Assembly (NCBI GenBank): GCA_028534125.1
Contig: CM052818.1
Coordinates: forward strand, 2,730,001 to 2,794,000
From: Lama glama
Lineage: Eukaryota
DNA: 64,000 nucleotides
Direction: 5' to 3'
Shown: positions 45,170-58,264 of the stretch, piece by piece
Position numbering within the stretch: position 1 is the stretch's first letter
Layout: each line of letters begins with the position of its first letter
Position numbers and translations under genes: made by a program
The notes under the pieces: model-generated
Told to the model about the DNA's origin: nothing
The model's database searches: none
The model's input: only the letters and a program-made list of their open reading frames with translations

Positions 45170-46480
45170 TGGGTGTTCCCGGCAGCTCGTGGTGCGGGAG
45201 TGGACGTGGGCAGAGGGCCTGGGCGGCGGGACTGCGGCAGCGCGGGCGGCGGGACTGCGGGCGGGGGCACTGCAGCACGGCGGGCCGCGGGCGGCCGGGC
45301 AGCCGCCCGCTAGAGGGGGCGCTGTGGGCATCACCAGGCGGCCTTTTGTCAGCGCACACGGCCAAGAGAGCTCTCATTTCCTCCCAGCCTTGTGCGGGAA
45401 ATGGATTTAATTCTGAGAGCGGGGCTGTAGGAGACGAGCGGGAACGAAAGCCTTTTGTCAAGGAGTAGCAGCCTCTGTTGTCTGTGATCACCACTGACGC
45501 GGAGAAGCTGCATTGCCGGTGGAATTCCAGGCAGCTCTGGCTGCAAGATGGGTAGAAAACATTGCTCTGCAGATTAGCTGAGTGCATCTATCAAGCCGAC
45601 TCCAAAAAGAAAAAACCACCACCACCATCACCAAAACAAAACAGCAATCCGCAGCAGAAGACCAGAGATGGATAAGATGCGGTGCAGGAGGTAAGTCCGT
45701 CTTGGGAATGGGCGCCATGGGCTGGCCTTGGTTTTGTTAATTTTAATCGAATTTGAGAACCCTACAGCATCCTTCCACCGTGCAGGAGCTGGTTGGTCCA
45801 GATCCGTGAGCATCTGTTTAGTGAGTGCGTCTGCGATGCAGACCTTCCCCGCGGCTGTGCTCTATGCCTAAAGCTTTTTGTTGCTAATATAACATTGGAG
45901 GTTTTTTGGGAAAGCGCGTCTGCCAGGCTCTGGCCTCTGCCTGGGGACGGTCGGATTCACCCGCTCCGAGCGCAGCGCCTGACAGGTGGGGCTTTCTTCT
46001 GGGTACGGCGGGCGGCAAGCCTCGCCTTGCGGGGCCGCCCCTCCCTTCCCTTCGCGCTCGGCCGCCGCCCTCCCGGGAGCCGCGGGGCGCGTTCCCCGGG
46101 CCTCGCCAACGCCTTGGCGCCGCCGCAGCTGCGGGGCGAGCAGGTGCGGCGTCGGCCGCCGCCTGCATTGGGAGCAGGGATGCTGGCACGTGGGCCGACC
46201 CCAGTGGGTCTGAATTTTTATACGAGTCCACCACTTTGGAGGGAAAAAAGGCCACTCTCCCCGAGGAAGTCTGGGCAGTCTGTTCATCTCTTAGATTCCA
46301 TTTTCCCTCCCCTCTCTTCCCCTGCCTCCTCTCCCCTCCTGCACCGGGGAGGAGGCCACCCTCCACCGGAGAAGCGGGGGCCTGCGTCTGCTTGTTTTGA
46401 AATCGCGACCACAGCCAGCCTACCTGATGTTGGGGGGTGGGAGGGGCGGACTGCTTTAGGATGCTGATCAGGCGCTCGGG
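45170..46480. promoter_or_regulatory. CpG island / promoter, most likely of ADD2 (beta-adducin)
   Basis: CpG-dense blocks at 45.18-45.36 kb and 45.9-46.2 kb; ADD2 follows FIGLA in the same orientation in the conserved synteny block. Confidence 0.8.
45340..45690 (+). other. ADD2: Putative non-coding first exon of ADD2 (start approximate)
   Basis: Consensus donor CAGGAG|gtaagt inside the CpG island. The gene name rests on synteny only, as no ADD2 coding exon is in the window. Confidence 0.65.
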
Positions 46481-46542
46481 TTTGCCCTATTGTCTTGCCT
46501 GTTTCCCCCTTTTCTTCTCTTCTCTAATCTCCACCCCCTGCC

Positions 46543-46640
46543 AAACAAAAAAAAAAAAAAAAAAAAAAAAAGAAGAAGAAGAAAAAGAAGAAAAGAGGGC
46601 GTGAGGAGAAAGAAAGAGAGAGAAAAGAAGGGGGAAAAAA
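46543..46640. repeat. Poly-A / (AAG)n polypurine tract
   Basis: A-run of about 25, then agaagaagaag...gagagagaaaagaagggggaaaaa. Confidence 0.9.
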
Positions 46641-47889
46641 CCCCAGCCCACGCCCTATCAAATTCTTTTGAAAATTGTCATTTATCTTTGACACATGATT
46701 ATTACCCATCTGTTTCTTTACACCCACCCTTCCCTCCTCTTGCAGTTTGTCGACTAAGATTCAACTGATTCGAAGGATCCTTATAAATACTCGAACTCAA
46801 ACCTCAGTGTCCTGAATGGGCATTTTGTGCTTTCTGATTAACCCCAGATGGAGGTGTTGGGGGCATCCTGGCAGGAACAAATGATGGGGGGGGCAGCCTC
46901 CCTCCTTTCACATCCAGGGCGTGGGCCTGGTGGAGACACATGAGATGCTGAACTTGTGCAGTGAGCGATGTCCTTGTTAATGGGATTTGAAAATGTTTCA
47001 TTTTAAGGAAAAATAGTTGGTAACGTTTGAAGTGAGAGTGCTTTACACGAGTATGACCAGGGAAAATAGCTGTGAAGTTTCAGACTTGCAAGTCACTCCT
47101 CCCACTCACATATGAAGTGTGTATGTTAGAGATTTAAAAAGGGGATTTGGCCTTTTAATATTTTACTTTATAATGTTCTACCTTCATTGTGTAAAGTGAT
47201 CAGATTTTCTCAAAGCCTGTGTACCAGTCTTGCCCAGAACCCCCTCACTCACCTTCGCTCCCTATCCCCCACCCCTAATAAGGTGCAGTAAAAGCAAACT
47301 TTTCATTATTAGTATGAGGCCAATACATTTTGGAGAGCCACTGAGGATAAATCACTCTTTGATCCAAAATCCACCATTTTTGTAGCAAGCCCTATGCTCT
47401 TTCTCATCTACCCAGTTGTCTCGCCTGATTAGAAATGTGCTTGTCACGTACAAAGTGTACAACCCTGCCTGAAATGACACACTGCATGTGGTTTCTAGGC
47501 TTTGGCTGAATTTACTTCAAATATCAATATGGTGCTGGAATTAGCAAATCTCAGCTATTCTTGAGAGTTTACAGGTGATCAACTGTGTTTGTTGGCAGAG
47601 GGTTTAGGGTTAAGATTTTAAATACATATAAAAAAGACTCTGATAAATATGTGTATCACCTACCTGGTTCTCCAAGGGATTTAAGACAGTTTATAGGGAT
47701 TCATAAAATACAGCAAGGCAGACTAACTTAGAAGTAGACGGAAAAGAAAAAGGAAACTAAAGGTAGAGACATAAAATCGTAATAAGAATGAGGCTAGTAC
47801 AGAAATACAAGCATGTGCGGGGCAGACAAATCCAGCTCTGAACTTTCTAGCAGCTCATACACAAAGGGAGATTGACCAGCCCATGGTTC

Positions 47890-48130
47890 ATATGTTTTAT
47901 TTATTCACTGACTCATTCACTCACTTGTTCACTCAACAAACATTCACTGAGGACCTACTACACACAGGTTCTGTGCAAGGTGCTGGAAACAAAGGGGTCA
48001 AGCAGACAGAGTTGGTCTCTGCCCTGCCGACACTTACAGATGAATGCAAGAAACGGACATTCACGAAGACGTTGCTCAAATGAATATCTGATTACAAGTT
48101 GTGATAAGAGCTGTTCAGGAAAAGCATGAA
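47890..48130. mobile_element. L2 3' end
   Basis: tcattcactcacttgttcactcaacaaacattcactgaggacctacta. Confidence 0.75.
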
Positions 48131-48884
48131 ACACAAAATATCACATGTCCAGACATAAAAACACAAAATAAAAACTTCTTCAGAGAAGCACAACAATTCT
48201 TGATTCTACAAGCAGAAAGGAACTTTTTTTTTTCAGATATGACGCAGTGTTTGGAAAAATGTCTTCAATCATGTCCTTGTCAGACACAAGGGTGGGGTTT
48301 CACTCTGCCGTTTTCAGAGTGCCCCTCCGTGTGAGGGAGCCTGATGTCACACCACAGGTCTCAGGCCCCTGGGCTTCTGGGGATACATGTATTTGGGAGG
48401 GTCTATGTAGTCTCTGAAATTAGTGGTTTTATTTTAATGATAATCTCACCTAGTGAATAATAAAAACGTGTTCTGGATCATCTCGATGGGAACCCCCAAA
48501 CCAGTGCTGGGGGTTTTGTTTGCTTCTCAGTGGGCCAGGAGCAGGCCTGGTGGCGGGGACCACAGCACAGATGGGGGAAACTGGAGCTAACATGGAGACA
48601 TGTGGGGGGAGAGGTGAGTCCGCACTGGGCACAAGCTCGCCTAACTCAAAAGAACAGCTCTTGACGACCACTGCTGAATAGGCAGGAAATGAAGCTCTCA
48701 TGCCAATTCCACCTTCATATGGACTAAGTTGCAGCAATTTATTAGCCCAGGTGTTGCAATAAAAATGCAATGAAAAAGTTGCTGTTGCTGGTTTTAGCAA
48801 TAATTGGATTAGATCTCCATTTAATGCAGATTTAGCACAGCACCCCCCCCCGCCCCCGCCAAGTACCTTGCGTCCAAAGCAGTG

Positions 48885-49120
48885 AGGCAGGCAATTTGGT
48901 GTAATGGTTAAGTGGAGCCAGGCTGCCCAACTTCAAGACCATTTTTCTACTTACTTGCTGTGAGGCTTTGGGCAAGTTACTCAACCTCTCTGTTCCTATG
49001 ATAATATGCGGATAAACAATGTGGTATTGATTTCATAGTAAGATTGTGAGGATTAGAGATATTACATATGAAAAACTTGGAGCGTATATATGCTCAATAA
49101 ATGTTAGTTAATACTATTTT
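48885..49120 (+). mobile_element. MIR SINE
   Basis: ctgtgaggctttgggcaagttactcaacctctctg...gctcaataaatgttagtta. Confidence 0.8.
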
Positions 49121-51529
49121 TATTAGCGTGAAATGGCACTTTTTATACAGGTACTCCAGGATGGTTTGATACCAGAACTTTAAATTATGATATCTGATTA
49201 TCTTCAAGTAGCAAACACATTTCAGAGAGTATTAAAATTGTTTTGCAATTGTAGATGAGTTGTCTGCGTTAGTATGTTGAAATAAAAATTCAGATAATGG
49301 TGACATGTAGTAACTAGACCTGTAGCTACATCTTTCTGTGGTTAAACCGGAATGGTATTTTAGTTTCAACAAAACAATATTTTCTGTTGCAGTAAATTAA
49401 TTTTATTGACTTGGCATTTTGAAATTGGACAGTCATACCTATTTGCACAATCATTTTGGCATTCTAGTTATATAAAAGCCATGAAGTGTCAGCATTTAGA
49501 GCTGGTCTTTATGAGTGTATATATTTCATATTTAATATTTTTATATTTTAATTTTAATTTATATTTTAATAAAAGAGACTTAGGTCAACTCTTGGTCCAT
49601 GAGATTTTTTTTTTTCCTTAAAAGGAGATTTCTATATAGTTCAAGCATTTTGGATTGCGTACAAGGATAGACCCGAAATTCTTAGAAAAGAATTTTGAAT
49701 CTCTAGGAGATTGCAGCCCCAAATTTGATTTTATATAGTTTTAGCTTGACTGCCACAGTTTTAGTCTGAAAGAATTTTTTCCTCTGTCTTCAACAATAAC
49801 AGCGAAATCCCCTAGACTCAGAGAGCACCTATAGAATGGCAGTCTTCCAGCAAAAGTTCATTCTGGCCTATCTTCCAGGATAAACTCCAAATGAAAGGTT
49901 TGCCGGCATTATTTGAAGGAAGTGAAAAGAAGGACTGTTCTCTGTGGAGGAAAATGTTTGAATGTACGGATTAAAACAAGTTTGCTGATTACGTTGTTAC
50001 GTTTTAAAATTTTCTTTGTTACCTAGGTGATCTGTCAAAGATTACAAGAAATGTGGTGGTCTCCCACTATAATCATATTTTTGACAGCTTTGCTCTGGAT
50101 ATACACATATCATAGACATATGCATTTATACAGACACACACACACAGACACCCAGGGGTATAGGTGATGGTGTGTTACTTAGGACCCTGGTTGCCCAGGA
50201 CTGATGGGTTTCCTGGGCTGGGGGACTTTCAGTGCTAAAACCAGGACAGTGCCAGGCAAAGGATGACAGATCTATTTTAGTTTCAGAGAACAGGGAGAGA
50301 ACAAACAACGAGCCCAGATTCTTTAGGGAAAATATGGTACAGATGGTGCCAACCAACATCAGCCAGCCTACGATTCAATAAGGAACCCTCCTGGGAAGAG
50401 GCAGGCATATCCTCCCAGTCGAGCCCTAATCCTCAGGCTCAGTGCACCATCCTGGATGCGCTGTGCTGTGGTCGGGGAGAGGGTGCGGGTGCAAATCAGA
50501 GGCTCCAGGAACTCCATCAGCACCTTCCACCTTGAGTTACTGGACCCCAGATCTTGACATGTCCCGAGGGAGCTCCCAGTAAAGCTTCAAACCACATCAG
50601 TTCACATCAACCCAACAGTTGCAGCTAAAAATAAAGATACACAAGTACCTAAATAAATGCCACTTGGCCCAGCAGTAAATATCCCCAACATGTTTAATCT
50701 GACACAGGACCTCAACCCTGAAGCAACCGGGGCAGGACCTGGAGGCCTGGGAATTTAGGACGTGGGTGCCGTAAAGCACGTTTATTTCAGTGTTCTGTGG
50801 GATATCTGGAAAGGTCTTCCTTGGGCCCAGCCTTGAAGTGGCTGGAAAAAACATATCAAGTCAAATAGCAAATTTCTCTGACTTCTGTGAATGGCAGCTC
50901 TGAGGACCATTTGACACCCTTCACCCCATCCCCCCACCCAGATGGCTGGCTGGACCACGCATGGACCTGTGAGGACTTGGAATCTCAGGGCTGGTAGCCA
51001 GATTAGGTCAACGAGGGGAGGGGTCAGGGCAAGGAGAGATCGTGGGTCATCCCCTACTCCCCTCGCCAGTTTGGAGGTGGCCACAGTGATTCCAGTTCTG
51101 GTCGCTCCATGAAGCCCAGCTGGACTTTGTGCCCTTTGTGGATGAAGGTGCCTGCCATCCTGCTGGTCTAGTTTGCTTGGTTGGGATTCTGTTGCATACA
51201 GCCATGCGGTCTGGCTAGAACTCTGGCTGACTCCAGAACTTCCCACTTCACTCTCCTACATCGAGCCCGACCTCCCTCCATTCATCTGTGGTGATCTTTC
51301 TGAAACAAAAATCGAATCTTGTCACTCCTCTGCCCTCAGGATAAAGCCCAAACCTTTTCCTTACCTTTATTGCTTCACATCCTCTTCCTTCACACCCTAC
51401 TCCTTGATGGGCTGGACCATCTTTCCGGGCAAGCCCTTCTCCACCCCTCCCTTACCTTTCACAGTCTCTCCTCCACTTTATATGCTTGACCATGAATTTT
51501 TGTCTGCCAAGTTGCTTCTTTTAGAAAGC

Positions 51530-51795
51530 CCACCGAATAGACAAACTTCTAGCAAGCCTAATTTAAAGAAAAAAGGAAAAAATAACAATACTAGAAATGA
51601 TATATGGAACAAAGGGGAGAAAAAGAGATTTGAAATCATAAGGACACGATGCATTTATTTTATCCTAACATATGTGACAATCTTGATGAAATGGACAAAC
51701 TTCACAGAAAATGTGAACTACCAATATTTACTCCAGAAATCAAATGTCATATTCCTGGATGGGCAGAATCGATGTTACAAAAATGTCAGTTCCTC
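51530..51795 (+). mobile_element. Ancient L1 ORF2 remnant
   Basis: aatagacaaacttctagcaagcctaat...tgatgaaatggacaaact resemble L1 ORF2 (IDKPLARL / LDEMDK). Confidence 0.6.
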
Positions 51796-53010
51796 AGATT
51801 CTGCCTTGCAGATGGCAGTCTTCCTGGTACCCAGAAGTGATGCAGATTTGCTCCTATTTTTATATTCCCGCAGTCATTTTCTGTGGAATTTTGAAAGGGG
51901 TAGTTAACTACATATGCTCAATTGCGAATCATTTTATTAAAGGGAAAGCCAGTATATGTGCATTTAAGTGTCATTTATAAATTGGTCTTCCCGAAGAACA
52001 AATGAAGTTATTCAACTTTGAAATGCATGGAGACTTTACGAAGACAGAATTTCATTTAACAGACATGATTTTCCACCCATATTATTTTACTGAGCATGGA
52101 TTTTATCGTGTTTGCTTTCTTTCAGCATGGAGCCCATATAAAAATCTCTTGGTTTTTGCTTCTGAAAATCTATGGTGAAAAGACGCTAGAAAAGTGAGGG
52201 CAGGTCCAGTTCTTTCCCCCTTTTACTTGTGTCTGGTAGCAACAGCATGGGTATCTCAGCATTTCTTTATTTAGAATTCACTCTTCTTCCCTCTTAGCAC
52301 CACATTTCTCTTGGATCCTTCCAACACCCTCGTTTGTGTCCTAAATTAGCTACATCTGTTACCATAGTTCTGCAGCACCCAGCTTAACCCATTCCATGCT
52401 TGCTCCGACCGTATTATGCTTGAGACTTCCTTTCTTGTATTTCATAAAACATACCGTTATTTTTCCTTCTTTGTCACCTACCCCTCAATTTTTATTATTG
52501 TCAAGGCAATGCCTGTGTATAATTAATAAATCAAATAGGACTGAAGGGCTTCTAATAGAAAGCAACAATTCCAAATCCTTTAGCCACAGGCAAACCCATT
52601 TTAGCTGTGTTTTCTGTTCTGCTCGAGTTACCTCTGTAGCTCAAAATAATACGCATGTGCTGCTGTTTCTGAATTGATCAGCTTCAATCATCAGCTAGTG
52701 ACTTTCAGCCGTGAAACCCAAGGATGTAGTTTATTTACACCACACCTGCATCTCCTCACACCTTTCTTCTGGTCATCCCTGCCACTCCAGACGATGCATT
52801 TATTAAAACCAGATTTCTCATTCCATGGACTGTCAGCTGGGTCACTTGACTGTCTACTCTGTAAGATAAGGCTGTTACCACCTCTCCTCCTCCTTTCTAG
52901 CAGTATGTTTACTTTTGCATTATAAAAATTAATGAAGTATTCATTGTGTCCCATAGCCATAGTGGGTTTCTATGATTTGTCTATAAGGTAATTCTAAAAG
53001 ATGAAAACTC

Positions 53011-53337
53011 CTTTTTAAAAAAAATTGAAGTGTAGTCAGTTACAATGTGTCAATTTCTGGTGTACAGCATCATGTTTCAGTCATACACGTACATACATGT
53101 ATTCCTTTTCAGATTCTTTTTCATTATAGGTTACTGTGAGGTATTGAATATGGTTCCCTGTGCTATAAGAAGAAATTTGGTTTTTTTAATCTATTTATAT
53201 ATAGTAGTTAATATTTACAAATCTCGAATTGCCAATTTATCCCTTCCCACTTCCTTTCCCCCTGGTAACCATCAGTTTGTTTACTATGTCTGGTGAGTCT
53301 GTTTTTGTTTTGTAGATAAGTTCATTAGTGTCTTTTT
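53011..53337 (-). mobile_element. L1 3' UTR insertion with a perfect 16-nt TSD
   Basis: taaaagatgaaaactc at 52995-53010 and 53338-53353; the body matches the other L1 3' ends. Confidence 0.92.
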
Positions 53338-56224
53338 TAAAAGATGAAAACTCTTGAAGTGTTTATTATCTGACTGGGTCGATACTGTTCTCTGCACGAT
53401 AAGGAACATGCTAGGATTTCAGATCCTTTCTCAGGGGCTCCAGTATCTCCACCCGGGGACCACCAAGTGGCAAATGCTTCCCGGGTGAAGTTCAAATGGC
53501 TTCTGTTACCTTGGGGGCACCCGCACCATCATGGCTACTCTGGTTCACCCCCTGCAGTGTGCACAGTTTCTCTAAGAAGACTCACCCAGAGGTCAAGTTG
53601 AGGAATTCAGAAACAGCAGTATATGCACACTATTTTGAGATACGGAGGTAACTACAGCTGGGTGCCTGGCTGTGAACCCCTGTGTGTAGGGGGGTGGTGG
53701 TGGTGGGCAGGGTCCATTGCTCCATATAGAGGCTGCAATTTGTGCCCTTGTGTTCAGTCTCTTTTTCAATTCCTGCCCTCCCTAAAACCTGCCATCTCAG
53801 AGTCCAGGACATTTTTAGGGCTCTAGACAGATCATCTGCCTCCTTGGCTCTGGCATCCTCTGTCTGAAATCTAGACTGAGGCTTCTTTTGCTTTCAAACT
53901 TTAGTCACCAGTTCCCCATCTGCTTTTTTTTTTTTTTGTCCTCCAGAAACTTGTTAAAATTGCTTCTCTCTTAATGATCTGCTTTTACTTAGTCATTGTG
54001 GGAGTATGTATTTTTATCGCCTCATGATCAATTTAATGGAGTCTAAAAAGAAAGAAACATGGTGGTAGTTGGGATTAGGCCTGCCAGCTTGAATTAGGAG
54101 CCAAAAACGTTAACTTTCAATCAAGCCATGCACGGCAGTGATAAAACAAACTACTGGCATGGCCAGGATTTAAATTCAAACCCTAGTGAGGTTTACTTTT
54201 CTGTTGGGAAAATGCCTTCAAATAGGTGTAGTACCTGTCAACTCAATTCCAGTATCTTCTCCCATCTAGAACAGTCCAGAAACATTGAAACATTCTTCCG
54301 CCCCCACTCAAAGGTCATCGACTTTTAGTTCACATAGGATTTTAATAAGCTGAATTGTTTCCCTTTAGAGACTCCAGAAAAGTGGAAGTGGCAAATTAGA
54401 AAGATGAGTTTGGCGAGTATTCTAAAAGAGATTGGGATAAAATGAAAATTAAGGCAAGATGCAAACTTCTCCTAGGAACCCGGGTCACAGATGCCGGCCA
54501 AGTGCTGTGGGAGATCATTTGTCAGGGTTGCCAGTGCATTTGATTTAGACCCAGAAAGTAAGGAACTAACAGAGTAAATTCTCACGGGGGAAAGGCTGCT
54601 GGCTTTTTTTTTTTTTTTTAAACCTGGATGAGAAGGAAGAATTTGTGAGCGCCAAAGGTTCTTTATCGCGGAAGTAAATCTGGAGTTATGATGCACAAGA
54701 AATTTTAGTTGCCTCTATGTTTCCATCTAATTTGGAGATTATTGCTTCATTTTTCAGCCTTAGCAACAATCATTAAGACTGAGAACAGTTTTAGGGTTCC
54801 TGCTTCATATATCTCGACTTTGTTGAAATGACAGCCTGTAAAATCGTTGCCAGCTTTGAAGCCATTATTTGTTACATTTAGTTCTGAAATGAAGAAATAT
54901 CAAGTTAAGGATGTCAAAGAATTAAAATCTCCTTTTCAAAGTCTATTTATGGGTGAAATGATACAATGTCTGAGATTTGTCTCCAAAGAATCTTTTTTAT
55001 CGGGGAATTATTGGGCTTGGAGGTGAATTAATATGGACCATGAGTTGACAATTGTTGAGACTGAGTTTAATCTATCATCTAAACTGGCACATTTTAGAGT
55101 GAAAGGAAGTGCTATTAATAATCACATTGGAACAAGAGGTCTGACTTGGACTCTTTGGGGCAAAGTACAATCTGCTCTGAAGCTAAGTGGTGGGAACTTG
55201 GGGTTCCTAACGGTGTGCTCTCTGATTCTGAATATTTCCCAATTTTTCCATAATTAAAGGATGTGTACTGTTTTGTACTATTTGCTGTTTTATTAAAATT
55301 GGAGTCTTTCGTCTTAACCATGATGTTAAACATTAGTCAACTTCTAACACAAAATGAAAATAACTAGTGAATACTGTTAAGTGACAAATCTATTAAGTTG
55401 ACTTATAATAAATGGAACAAAAATCCATAAATTCTGCAACTGGGCCCCCCAGGCAGCAATACATGATTAACACGACAACGTTACAAGCAGATCCACACCT
55501 TCAGTTATGCAAGGGAGCCTTGTTTTTATTGTTGTGAGTTGGGTTCATCAGGATGGACAGATGCAGCCCCAGAAAGGTCAAGTCCGCTGGGCAATGAGGA
55601 GCAGAGCCAAGAAAGTGGGGCTTTGATTTGTGGAGCGAGTCTATGGGCTGATCTGTAATTATCTTGGTGTTTCTCCTGTTTGAGGTTCTCCGTTACCTTT
55701 TACCTGCTAAAATGCTCTCTCAAAATTATTCCGATTTTGAGAAGAAGGTCTCCATTCCTGCTTTGGAATCCCCACAGTACAGCACTGCACAGTTTAGTGA
55801 AGTGTTTACTGCTGCACTTGTAAGGTGATGCGGGGGAGGCACTGGGACAAGGCAGCAAGGCTAGGCTCTGCCTCTCAGGATGTCAGTCACTTTGATTCTG
55901 CCAATCAGAGGGCCCAGGTGGTCGTGGATTTGGAGGTCCTTTGGGCCCCATTCAAGGAGGGGCTCAAATGGATGCCTTTCCAGCTCCCGGATGGCAACTT
56001 GAAAGGAGCCCAGGAGGACCAGGCAAAGGACTGCATCGTATGTGGGTTCTCTCAAGGCTAGAGGGCTGCTCCTGTAGGGTCAGAAGCCGGTTCTTTAAAA
56101 ATGATTCGTTCTGATGCTGTTTGTGTTGCTGCTATTATTTACTATTGTGTCCCCCATTATTATACAGAAGGTTACATTTTAATTTTTTGTGCTTTTAAAA
56201 AATTTCATTTAATTTTTTAATTGT

Positions 56225-57200
56225 GCTTTTTTAAAGTCAAGTTTATTAAAATATTGTGTGTTATATTTATCACATACTATATATATAGTGAAACTCACCT
56301 TCCTTAGATGTATGTAGTTCTATGAATTTTGACAAATATATACAGTCATGTAACCACCACCACAATCAAAATAGAAAAACGTTCCCTCATGCCCCTTTGA
56401 AGTGAATCTTCTTCCTCTACCCACAGCCCCTAACAACTACCCGTCTGTTTTTGGTTCTGCCCTTTTCAGAATGTCACATAAATGGGATCATACAGTGTAG
56501 TCTTTTGCATCTGATTTCTTTCACTTTGCATAATGTTTTTGAGATTCATCCATGTTGTTACAAATATTAATAGTCCATTCTTTTGATTGCCGAGTAATAT
56601 TCCTTTGGATGGGTGTACCACAATTTGTTTAGCCATTCACCCATTAAAGGACATTTGGGTTGTTTCCAGTTTTTAATGATTGCGAATGAAGCCACTGTAT
56701 ATATTGGCCTACAGGTTTTTGTGTAAACGCAAGATTTCAATTCTGTTGGGTAAATGCCTCGGAGTGGGATTGCAGTGTGGTGTGGTAAGTGTCTGCTTAA
56801 CTTTATAAGAAACTGCCAAATGGTTTCCAAAATGACAGTACCATTTTGCATTCCCACCAGCAACGTTGCTCTTTAAAAAAATTTTTATCTATCACAATAG
56901 GTGTGGAGTAGCATCTCATTGCGTTTTTTTTTAATTTAAAAAAATATTTTATTGACTTATTTATTTTTTAGGGGGAAGTAATTAGGTCTGTTTGTTTATT
57001 TATTTATTATTAGTTAGGTTTTTTGTTTTTTTTTTTAATGGAGGTACTGGCGATTGAACCCAAGACCTCGTGCAGGCTAAGCATACACTCTACCACTTGA
57101 GTTATACCCTGCCCCCTCATTGTGTGTTTAATTTGCATTTCCCTAATGACCAATGCTGCTGAGCATCTTTTCATCTGCTTAAATGCCACAGTATCTCTTT
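56225..57200 (-). mobile_element. L1M 3' fragment containing a SINE
   Basis: The minus-strand ORF 56567-56863 encodes the ORF2 C-terminus (WKQPKCPLMGEWLNKLWYTHPKEYYSAIKR). Confidence 0.88.
56925..57115 (-). mobile_element. tRNA-derived SINE (camelid vic-1-like)
   Basis: tggaggtactggcgattgaacccaagacctc...ctctaccacttgagttataccctgcccc; TSD ctcattg. Confidence 0.88.
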
Positions 57201-57664
57201 TTCATTGTTTCTTGTCTTTTAAATGTCAGCAAGGCTCTGCCATCTAAGGTAAACAGGGAAAGGATGTTGCCTTAGTCTCAAAGAGGGAGCAGACGCAGAG
57301 CAGGGGGAGTGGAATGGGAGAGGTGGGGAGAGTCGCTTGGAGGAAGGTGGTGTGGGAGCCAAGGTGCTTCCCTCCTGCACTGGCTGCTTCTGTAGCTCTT
57401 CTCCGGAGGATGTTGTGGTTTATATTATGAGGGGCTGCTCCCTTGGGGAAGGAGAGAGGAAGAGAGGAAGACAGCTATAATATTGACTCCATTTTTTAAA
57501 TTTGCTTACTCCAAGTTCTGGTCTTTATACTTTTAGTTCTGTAAATGTCTCTTGAAAATAGATAACTGTGGCTCAGATAAGCAGCCCTACTGTTGATTTT
57601 AGGGGGAGGGGAAAGAAGAGTTAAATAAAAGATCTTCAAGAAAATGTATATTTAAATTTGTTTG

Positions 57665-58165
57665 ATGTAGGGACTTGAAGACATTTGTATATCCGTGTTC
57701 ATAGCATTATTCATATTAGCTAAAATGTGGAAACAACCCAAGTGTCCATCAATGGATGAAGGAACAAGGAAAATGGGATATATACATACAGTGGAATAAT
57801 ATTCAGCCCTAAAAGAAAGGAAATTCTGACATATACTACAACATGGGTGAACCTTGGAGACATACACTAAGTGAAATAAACCGATCACAGAAAGACACAT
57901 ATTATATGACTGCATTTACGTGAGGTCCCGAGAGCAGTCAAAGTCACAGAGACAGAAAGAAGAATGGTGGTGGTGGGGGCTGGGTGAGGGGAATGGATGG
58001 TTAGTGTTTAATGGCTATAGAATTTCAGTTTTACGAGATGAAAAGAGTTACGGAGTGGATGGTGGTGATGGTTGCACAATATTATGAATATATTTAATAT
58101 CCACTGAACTATAGTCTTAAAAATGGTTAAGATGGTAAATTTTCTGTGTATTTTACAGCAATAAG
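57665..58165 (+). mobile_element. L1MA/MB-like 3' fragment
   Basis: gaaacaacccaagtgtccatcaatggatgaa...ggtgatggttgcacaatattatgaat...aaatggttaagatggtaaatttt. Confidence 0.88.
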
Positions 58166-58264
58166 TTTTCTTTTACTGTGATTGAGGTATATTAGCAACA
58201 ATGAGTAATTTATCACAGTGGTTGGTAAATTTGTATGGTTTAACTGTGAATATCTGTCAGTGGA

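Noticed and set aside
44986..46467. ORFs of 139-224 aa in the second CpG island
   Set aside because: GC-rich artefacts with no recognisable domain and no adducin sequence.
46490..46768. Poly-Lys/Arg ORF resembling an NLS or protamine
   Set aside because: Translation of an A/AAG simple repeat.
51173..51907. 244-aa ORF
   Set aside because: Non-ATG start, runs across L2-like and L1 remnants, and shows no coherent domain.
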